DNA of 64,000 nucleotides from Amoebidium appalachense (taxonomy: Eukaryota; Protista; Ichthyosporea). Shown here one piece after another: positions 54,674 through 64,000 of the stretch. Location of the stretch: the NCBI GenBank assembly GCA_963693365.1, contig CAVNZM010000002.1:1924149-1988148 (forward strand). The letters are read 5' to 3'. The position numbers and the translations under genes are program-made. The notes under the pieces are model-generated. The model was not told the DNA's origin. It was given only the letters and a program-made list of their open reading frames with translations, and ran no database searches. Positions within the stretch are counted from its first letter, which is position 1. Every line of letters starts with the position of its first letter.

Positions 54674-54768
54674 GTGCTCGGGCACATTCCCCTGCACAGG
54701 GCCCCGCTGCCCTCCCTGCCAACCCTCACTTGGGCCCAGCTGCCCTACTCTAACCCCCCGGGGCCCTG

Positions 54769-54802
<34 letters not shown>

Positions 54803-56485
54803 CTGCCGGGATCTCCCCAAGGGTACACCACCCTTGCTAACCACCCCTTCCCCCGAGGCTCAGACCCGGAGGCCCGCCCGCTGCCCCAGCACCACATTGA
54901 CACCTCCCGCCTCCGGGAACTGCTGGCCTCCTACCCGGACCAACCATTCGCCGCACAACTCCTCCACGATGTCGAATTCAGCGTGGACATCGGCTATCGC
55001 GGCCCCTCCACCTCTCGGGTGGGCCCCAACCTCCCCACCAACCCGGAGGCAGCTGCTGCTATCACGGTGGATATTGCCAAAGAAGTCGCCCTCGGCCACC
55101 TGCGCGGCCCCCTCTCCCCGGCCCAATTCTTTGACGAATTTCCGGTCCACCGTTCCTCCCCCATCGGCGCCGTTACCAAGAAAGGGAACCCCCCCAAGTA
55201 CCGTCGAATCCACCACCTCTCCTGGCCCCGGGGTAGCAGTGTCAATGACAGCATCACCTACCCCGACGAACTTCAGTACATTCGCGCCCGGGATGTCACC
55301 CAACTCATTCTCGACGCAGGCCCCGGCTGCTACATGGCCGTGGCAGATGTGCAGGCTGCCTTCCGGCACATGCCCATCCGACCGGAAGACCACCACTTAA
55401 TGGCATTCAAATGGCAAGGGCATTTTTACGTTGAAACCAGACTGCCCTTCGGCCTGAAATCTAGCCCAGCCATCTGGGAACGGATCGCGGCCACCCTACA
55501 GTGGCTGGCACACCAGCACGGTATTACCCTCATCCGCCACTACGTAGACGACTGGATTATAGTCGCCCCCACACAAGAGCAGTGCCAACGTCACCTATCC
55601 ACCTTCCTGCAACTCTGCCGAGAGCTGCACATTGCCATCTCCGAAGACAAGATGCAGGGCCCGGCTACCCGTGTCGTCTTCATCGGTATCGAATTCGACT
55701 CCATCGCCATGGAGGCACGAATCCCGGCTTCCAAGCTCTCGGACCTACTCGACCTCACTTCCCACCCAAAGCCCACCATCACCATTCGGGACCTCCAGTC
55801 CCTCCTCGGCAAACTCACCTGGTGTGCCCAGCTGGTTCCCCCCGGGAGGGCCTTCTCCCAGCGCCTATGGGCCCTTCTCCGGACCCACCCACACCTTGCC
55901 GGCCACCACCACATACGACTGACTGCTGCCGCCCGGGCCGACATAGCCGAATGGCACCAGTTCCTCACATCATGGAATGGGGTGCACCTCATCACACCCC
56001 CCACATACACCACCCTGGCCACTGATGCTGCCGGATCGGTGGGTCTAGGAGGCCACTGGCTCGACCAATGGTTCTTCATGCCCTGGTCCCCCTCCACCCA
56101 AGCCCTCTATGCTCATGAGGGTAAACTCGGTTCTTCCGTCATCGAACTCCTGGCCATCGCAGCCGCCGTGGCCCTCTGGGCCCCCTCCTGGTCCACCCAC
56201 CATGTCCGTATTTTATGCGACAACACGGGTGCTGTGTCTGACCTGCACTCCCGGTCTTCCCCTCACCCCGTGATGGCCAAACTTATTCGGTTCATCACCC
56301 GCATGGAAATGCAATACCAATTTACGTTACAGGCATCCTACCTACCAGGACCCCTCAACCATCTGGCCGATGCCATTTCTCGTAACCAACTTCCCCGGGC
56401 CCGACGACTCCGACCTTCCCTGCAACCGGAGCCCTGCCCCTTCCCCTCCTGGGTCCACGAGTTCCTATCCCTTCCCTTGGGCTAA
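54674..56485 (+). CDS. Ngaro RT-RNaseH ORF2 (no upstream ATG)
   Basis: Uninterrupted 603-codon frame with YVDD and RNaseH motifs. Confidence 0.92.
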
Positions 56486-57572
56486 CCCCCCCCCCCTCCC
56501 CCCCCCCCAGATCTCCCGTTCCGGAGCAACACTGGCAGATTGGCCCCCCACTTTGCTCCGGCCGAGCTGCTTCGAGCCACCACTACCCTGCAGGAATGCC
56601 AGGCCCTGAGTCTCAACCTCGACTCTCGGGCCTTTTACTCCCGGGTGCAAAAAGTGTTCATCGATTTCTGTGTGGCATCTCGGCTGCAATCCTCCTCCGG
56701 GTCCTCCCTCCCGGCCTCCCCCCACACCGTGCAACTTTTTCTCGCCTGGTGTGCCCAACGAGGGGTACAGGCCTCTTCCTTAACCGGCTACAATTCGGCC
56801 ATCACCAGGCTCCACCTCGACATGGGCCTCCCTGCTCCCTACCCCCACGACAAGTCTCTGGCCTGGTTCCTACGGGGGGTGGGCCGATGGCAGCTTTCTC
56901 ACAACATCCGACCCCGCTCATCCACCAGGGAACCCCTCCTCCCCTCCCACCTCCGCCTACTCCATGGCCAGTGCCCCACCAAGGCCTCCTCGGCCAATCT
57001 CCGGCTATGGACGGCCCTCATCGTCGGTTTCTGTGGTCTCCTCCGTTCAGGGGAATTTACCTCCAAGACCCTGACTTCTTTCGACCCGTCCCTTCACGTT
57101 AAACGGAAGGACGTGACCTTCAGCTACACCCCCACCGGGACTTTGTCCCATGCCACCCTCCACCTGCCAACCTCTAAGACGGATGTACAGGCCCGAGGTG
57201 TCAACGTCACCCTAGCTGCCCTGCCCCTCACCCACTTCTCCCCAGCCCATCTCCTCCGGCAGTTCCTGGATACAACGTCCGGTCAACCCGACGACCCCCT
57301 CTTCAGTCTCGGTGGCATCCCCTACACCAAGAGTGCTTTCTCTGCCGATTTCCGTGCCCTCCTCTCCCGGGCAGGCCTCTCACCCTCCCGGTTTGCCGGA
57401 CACACTCCTCCGCATCGGGGGGGCCACAGCACTGGCTGAGGCCGGGGTCGACGACTCCCGGATCAAACAACTCGGCAGGTGGTCCTCCGACTGCTTCCTG
57501 ATCTATACCCGACTTCGTCCGGCCTCCATTGCTGCCACCACCACACGTGTATTCGCCTCTATTCTTAAGTGA
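56370..57572 (+). pseudogene. Ngaro tyrosine recombinase, frameshifted (~56500 poly-C and ~57405)
   Basis: Matches the intact 399-aa copy-1 ORF; HSLR motif broken. Confidence 0.88.
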
Positions 57573-58843
57573 AACCTTTGGAGCAAGCATACTGCTCTCG
57601 TGCCGTGGTTTACAACCATTGCAGGTTCACTTTCGTCCAAGGGGATGTCCCCCTAGAGGCAACACACGTCCCGTAGTAGTTTTCATAGAGGTTTTATTTG
57701 TGGAAATTATTGACATAAATTATTTTCTGGGTAAACACGTAGGATGGGTGTTCGATACCAACATAACCATGTAGGCTTCATTTCGTGTTTTAGCAGTTAG
57801 CGGTTGGCTGCCCGCACACGGGCACCTATTAGCCAGTCAAAACATCAGATACCACAGATCACTAGACCGAGTTATGATTGGCTCGGATCAGATTTCACAT
57901 ATCACTAGATCGATTTTTGATTGGCTCAGATCGGTAGGCTTAGGTATATAAGCACGACAGTTTTTAGCAGATCAGCAAGCTACAAACACATCTTCTGTGT
58001 TTAGCATCCACAGCCTTACAGCTGTATATTCCTTTTTAACCCACCCACCTACACCCACACACAACCCCCATTGATCCACACATACGTGCTGTTTTTTCAC
58101 GGGGCGAAGACTTCCCCCGTTTTTTGGGCACATGGACCTCACGGATCAATAAATTGATGACTGGGGGCTTGCCGTGGTTTACAACCATTGCAGGTTCACT
58201 TTCGTCCAAGGGGATGTCCCCCTAGAGGCAACACACGTCCCGTAGTAGTTTTCATAGACCTTCCCGCAGGTCGCCTGGTCACAGATCCCCTCCGCAGATC
58301 GCGCAGCCACCGTGCTAATTGTTTTGGACCATGCTGCATGCTGCAGCCTCTTCGCCTAACGGCTGAAAGGCCCTTTGAAGGTTAGTTTTGTGTTGGCTGC
58401 TTTTGTGCATATGGCGATTGTCTGTCTGGTCTGTGTCCGTCCTGTGATTATGTCTGTGTCTGTGTCTGTGTGTGTGTCTGTGTATGTGTGTGTGTGTGCG
58501 TGCGTGTGCGTGTGTCTGCTGGCTGCAGATGCACGTTGCCTTTCACGTTCATGAACCAGCGACTGTGGGCACAACTTTTGCTGTTAGCACTATAGCTATC
58601 ATCCCCTCCACCGATCGTTCAAGCTATTTTCTGCTTCTCTAGACTTCATAAGTTCTGGTCCGGGTTTCCGTCTTTAATATGTTTGAGGTTGGTTCTGTCG
58701 ACTCTTTTTTTGCCACTCTCAGTCAGCCCCCTCAGTCCCTCCCTCCCCCCCCCCCCCCCCCTCCCCCCACTTCTCGCAAGTAGGATGAGCTAATTCTTAG
58801 CTCGAGTTCCTTTACAGGTTTTGGCAAGGTTGGCCCATGAAGT

Positions 58844-60385
58844 CATCAGCAGCTATAAGGCTACGTTATCATCTAGAGGTGGGTACCGGCTCTTTGTCCT
58901 ATGGCTGCTGTTGTTTCCGTTTTTCGTTTCATAGGTGGGTACCGGCTCTTTGTCCTGTTAAGGTAAATAAAGTATGGAGGCAAGACCCTGTGGGTCTGGG
59001 GCTCTTTGTCCTATGGCTGCTGTTGTTTCCGTGTTTCGTTTCTGTGTTGCTCTTATAGCACATGAATGATCATGTGCATGTTTAGCACCCATAGGTGGGT
59101 ACCGGCTCTTTGTCCTGTTAATAAGGTAAATAAAGTATGGAGGCAAGACCCTGTGGGTCTGGGGCTCTTTGTCCTATGGCTGCTGTTGTTTCCGTGTTTC
59201 GTTTCTGTGTTGCTCTTATAGCACATGAATGATCATGTGCATGTTTAGCACCCATAGGTGGGTACCGGCTCTTTGTCCTGTTAAGGTAAATAAAGTATGG
59301 AGGCAAGACCCTGTGGGTCTGGCACCTCGTCGTCGTCATCGATCGTCAAAGGTTCATGTGGGGTGGGTGGTGGTCCCCAGGAAAAGACCCTGTGGGTCTG
59401 GCACCTCATCGTCGTCATCGATCGTCAAAGGTTCATGTGGGGTGGGTGGTGGTCCCCCGGGGGGGGGGGGGGGGGGGGTTTAAGATATCATCACGACAAC
59501 CTCCAGCCATCCAACAGATGACTTTAAGGATGACGACGGTCTTTTTAGTGTGACTTTTAGAACATCCTGAAAGATGGCTTTAAAATTGCATCAAGAAATC
59601 TTCCGGTGCTCTTACCAGAACTATGAATATATAATTATTCTATCTATGGGAGCGACCATATATAACGTTAGGCCGTCCTAAAGCCGTCTAAAGTGTATAT
59701 TAATTGTGTCTTTTCCTCAATTGATGATGAATCTATATTATGACGTAAATACGTCTCACGCATATCTTGTTTGTGTCACTGTGTACCAATAAAAATATCC
59801 CTAGCCTATCGGTGAGTTGCTTTTAGTACGTCCTAAAGTCGACAACTCGTGTTAGACTGAAATAACATATTACATAACTACATCGTAAGGATACACTTAG
59901 GTTAACCACAACATATCTGTAATATATCTCTGCAAATTCTTCAAGAGGTGTTAAGTATGCCATATATGTTCGTCTGAACTACATAAAGTAGTATTAAAGA
60001 TGGATATTGGTGATCGCAAAGCGCTCTTGTAGACGGCTGATTGATAGCTTACAGATATGCTGGGGATATCTTTTTAGTAAAAGTTCATAAATATTGTCTT
60101 TTTATAGATTCGTTTAAGACATAACAAAGACGGCTCTAAGATATGCTTGGGGGAGGAAACAGATGGAACACGGGATAGGGTTTCGCCGGGTTACAGATAT
60201 GCTAAGGACGTACTTACAGAGATGTCTTTAATATCGCCTGCTAAAGCCGGACGGGTTAGGGATAGCTTGGAGTCATCTCTAACTAATAACGGTTACAAAG
60301 GGTATGGTTCAGGATGGGTTACGGGTTTAGGATGTCCCAGACTGGTTTGAGACGGGAAAAAGATGCCGGGAGATGTTTGCTGATG
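58844..60385. mobile_element. Non-coding TIR element X (CATCAGCA...TGCTGATG) with internal tandem duplications
   Basis: 8-bp terminal inverted repeat; right end shared with 1-798; internal ~170-bp and ~70-bp duplications; TSD not identifiable. Confidence 0.55.
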
Positions 60386-63018
60386 ATGACACCTCTGTGC
60401 ACTCTGCTCCCTTAGACCCGTACAAAACAACATTCCCGGTCACCCTACCCCCCACGTAAAGGGGGTAACCGTCATTCCCAGCCACCCCGAGCCAAGACTA
60501 CTGGCTCCCTCGACTGTGCCTACTGTCACGAAGACCATCATGTCACACAGTGTGACAAACCTGGCTGCTCAATTGCCCGTCGTCACCGCGCCAGCACCAA
60601 GTCTGGAAAAGAGGTGCACTTTGCCCTCGTGTCCACCACGGCCTCCCTACCCATGGACCCCTGCTGGGACTCGGCTTCAAACGTCCACGTGTGCCCAGTA
60701 AAGGAGTACTTCTCTTCTCTTGAGCCGTGCCCCCCGACTGACGTCCACGGCCTCGGCATCGTCACTGCACATCACCGTGGTGTCATCAACCTGGCCGTCA
60801 CCTACAACGGCGTAACATCAGTACTGAGCCTCAACACCCTCTATGTTAAATTGTATAAGTATTTGGGATGAAAGCAGAGACACAGTGGTGCAGTGTGAAA
60901 ACACCACAGACACACACAACAACAAAACACGGAACGATCGGAGCAGTGTACACAACAGACATCAATGTTTAGACACGACTGAACTGAATTTATTCTGATC
61001 TTCGAATAAATACCTGAAATTCCTCTAAGTCCAATCCATACATGATTTCCGACCAGTCGGAAATCAGATCTATCTCTAATAGAAACCAATCACTAAGAAC
61101 CAATTGCTTTCAGAGAGATCCGCTGGAATTTGAACTTGCGAGGATGTCACGGGTGTCAAGGCGTGACAAAAGCTCTTGTCAAGATGAGTCAGATCTTGTC
61201 AAGGGGAGTCACGTGGGACCGGTTACGGACGGACGCCGGGGAGGCCTCGAGCCGAGAGGCTAGGAGACGGTGGGAACGGGGACGGACGGAACTGGAACAG
61301 CAGGCGCCAGAGACGGGGTGTGCAGAAAGGCACAGATGGATGCAGGGGACGCCAGGGATGGATGTACACAGCCTCAGCACCAAGATGCATGAGGAGCTGA
61401 CCACAGCTATGATGTGTACCAGGAATTTAACGATCGCTAGGTCTAGGTGTGTGTAGGGAGCGTGCATCTGGGCCCATAACCTGTTAAATTATATAAGTAT
61501 TTGGGATGAAAGCAGAGACACAGTGGTGCAGTGTGAAAACACCACAGACACACACAACAACAAAACACGGAACGATCGGAGCAGTGTACACAACAGACAT
61601 CAATGTTTAGACACGACTGAACTGAATTTATTCTGATCTTCGAATAAATACCTGAAATTCCTCTAAGTCCAATCCATACATGATTTCCGACCAGTCGGAA
61701 ATCAGATCTATCTCTAATAGAAACCAATCACTAAGAACCAATTGCTTTCAGAGAGATCCGGTACGCGGAGACGCACACGATAGGACACAGACACTAGTTA
61801 AGGTCAACTCGTGTCATCATCAAGGAAGTTCTAACCTATGACATACTGCAAAGACTCAGACATATCACACTTAACCTTGATGATTGGTTAAAGCCCGGCA
61901 ACACATGAAAACTAAAGTAAATTAATGAAATCTAAACACACATGCTATTCTAAGTGTAGCCTAAGTGTGTTACCGTCCAATGAACACGTATTAAGTAACA
62001 CAAATCTACCTAACATATATTAGTAGAAAAGAAATACGATTATACACATGAAGATAAGGAGAGAAAGAAAAGAAAATAAGGAAGGAGAAAGAGGAAGGAA
62101 AAGAGAGCACAGATCAACAAACAAGATAGTAATAGCATAACTATAACCAGAGATATTTATGTACACACAAACATGTACACGTCTCTCCCTGAGTGGGTGG
62201 ATCCGTGTACACACATATAAATAATCTAATTGATATTACAACACACGATTACAGCCGATACAACACGATTACAAGTATACAAGCATATCGGAGATCGATG
62301 CTACACTTTACATAATAGGAGTGTGGCTTTTACACTAAGCATATGAACTGAAACATAACACAAACTGAGAAGATCTTACCATATGTAAATACTACGTATT
62401 ACAACACTCTACGTACCCGACTCCCCAGCCTTCCTGATTTCACCCTCAATGGCCTCCAAGTCGGGTCTCCTTGCCCACCTCGATGATGAGGATGAATTCC
62501 CATCCTACCTCTACACTTGTGGTGGCAACATCGTGTGTTCCCTCACAGGCACAGATGGACTGTACTTCATCACCGACTATGAGATACGTCCCTCCATCCC
62601 TCGGACCGTCACTGCCCTGGTAGCCAACGTCAAGGTCAACAATGATCCTCAGCTCTGGCACCACCGTCTCGGCCATCGTGCCCTGTCCACCCTCACCAAG
62701 ATGGTGAGAGGTGACCTCGTGACAGGCCTCGGGCCCTCATCCCTCTCAGTGGCTGACACCACTGACTGCTTCGGTTGTGTCTCCGGCAAGACCACCAAGG
62801 CCCCATTATCCGGCACCAGAACCCAGTGCCCCTTCCCCGGTGCCAAGTGGCACATGGACTTCTTCGAGCCTCCCTGTGCCTCCTATGGTGGCTACAAGGT
62901 GGCCCTCGTGTGTACCTGTGATGCCTCCGGCTACACCATCGTGTACCTCCTCCGTGATCGATCCGAAACTCTCGAAAACGTCAAGGCCCTGGTTGAGAAT
63001 ACTGACAAGCAACCCGAC
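60386..63018 (+). pseudogene. Copia A fragment (47-bp LTR end, then late gag-PR-IN N-terminus), 5' half of the split copy
   Basis: Near identical to 14646-15660; interrupted by 60844-62406. Confidence 0.9.
60844..62406 (-). mobile_element. Internally deleted non-autonomous B' element
   Basis: TSD CTCTA on both sides; 5' LTR 61482-62406; PBS GGTTATGGGCCCAG; partial 3' LTR 60844-61122. Confidence 0.9.
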
Positions 63019-64000
63019 TGTTGTAATACGTAGTATTTACATATGGTAAGATCTTCTCAGTTTGTGTTATGTTTCAGTTCATATGCTTAGTGTAAATGCC
63101 ACACTCCTATTATGTAAAGTGTAGCATCGATCTCCGATATGCTTGTATACTTGTAATCGTGTTGTATCGGCTTTAATCGTGTGTTGTAATATCGATTAGA
63201 ATATTTATATGTGTGTACACGGATCCACCCACTCAGGGAGAGACGTGTACATGTTCGTGTGTACATAAATATCTCTGGTTATAGTTATGCTATTGCTATC
63301 TTGTTTGTTGATCTGTGCTCTCTTTTCCTTCCTCTTTCTCCTTCCTTATTTTCTTTTCTTTCTCTCTTTGTCTTCATGTGTATAATCGTATTTCTTTTCT
63401 ACTAATATATGTTAGGTAGATTTGTGTTACTTAATACGTGTTCATTGGACGGTAACACACTTAGGCTACACTTAGAATAGCATGTGTGTTTAGACTTCAT
63501 TAATTTACTTTAGTTTTCATGTGTTGCCGGGCTTTAACCAATCATCAAGGTTAAGTGTGATATGTCTGAGTCTTTGCAGTATGTCATAGGTTAGAACTTC
63601 CTTGATGATGACACGAGTTGACCTTAACTAGTGTCTGTGTCCTATCGTGTGCGTCTCCGCGTACCGGATCTCTCTGAAAGCAATTGGTTCTTAGTGATTG
63701 GTTTCTATTAGAGATAGATCTGATTTCCGACTGGTCGGAAATCATGTATGGATTGGACTTAGAGGAATTTCAGGTATTTATTCGAAGATCAGAATAAATT
63801 CAGTTCAGTCGTGTCTAAACATTGATGTCTGTTGTGTACACTGCTCCGATCGTTCCGTGTTTTGTTGTTGTGTGTGTCTGTGGTGTTTTCACACTGCACC
63901 ACTGTGTCTCTGCTTACATCCCAAATACTTATACAATTTAACAGGTTATGCTGCTCTTTTGCACGCTCCCTACACACATCTAGAACTCGCGCTCGTTTTT
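63019..64000 (+). mobile_element. Copia B 5' LTR (63019-63943) plus PBS; element runs off the window
   Basis: Preceded by CCGAC; followed by GGTTATGCTGCTCTTTTGCACGCTCC. Confidence 0.92.

Larger units (their letters stand above)
52827..58258 (+). mobile_element. Ngaro/PAT-like retrotransposon, copy 2 (A1 52827-~53173, B1 57601-57689, A2 57690-~58035, B2 58170-58258)
   Basis: Split direct repeats; no TSD; interrupts a CCCGCAGGTCGCCTGGTCGCAG tandem repeat. Confidence 0.95.

Noticed and set aside
53601-54699. gag-pol splice from CAG|GTGAGA (53606) to CACAG (54699)
   Set aside because: The donor is phase 1 but the pol frame needs phase 2
57601-57689. Hammerhead ribozyme in the Ngaro B repeat
   Set aside because: GAAA follows a stem on the antisense strand, but the CUGANGA core is missing

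Overview
Eukaryotic, repeat-saturated 64 kb window with GT-AG introns and long poly-G/C, (CA)n and (GA)n tracts. No prokaryotic features; organism not determined. Contents: (1) Ty1/Copia LTR retrotransposons of at least two families, labelled A and B here. These include one full-length young A copy (12733-19863, TSD CTGAC), nested A/B fragments and a non-autonomous element using B LTRs. All have PBSs of the half-tRNAiMet (Hemivirus) type. (2) Two near-complete Ngaro/PAT-type tyrosine-recombinase retrotransposons with split direct repeats (33902-39353 minus; 52827-58258 plus) plus a fragment. (3) A ~28 kb inverted duplication (arms ~11625-26330 and 27461-40019). Each arm carries a two-exon AADAC/HSL-family esterase, and each arm shows the empty site of the transposon inserted in the other. 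(4) A THAP ORF fused to only the tail of a DDE transposase. (5) A ~183-bp satellite, minisatellites and a small TIR element. Most novel-looking signals: a D-L-R-x-R-[LI] motif shared by three retroelement Gags, possible tripartite pairing to a tRNAiMet 5' half, and a hairpin-buried AATAAA ahead of an ATG-less Ngaro pol. All calls are by eye; no searches were run.
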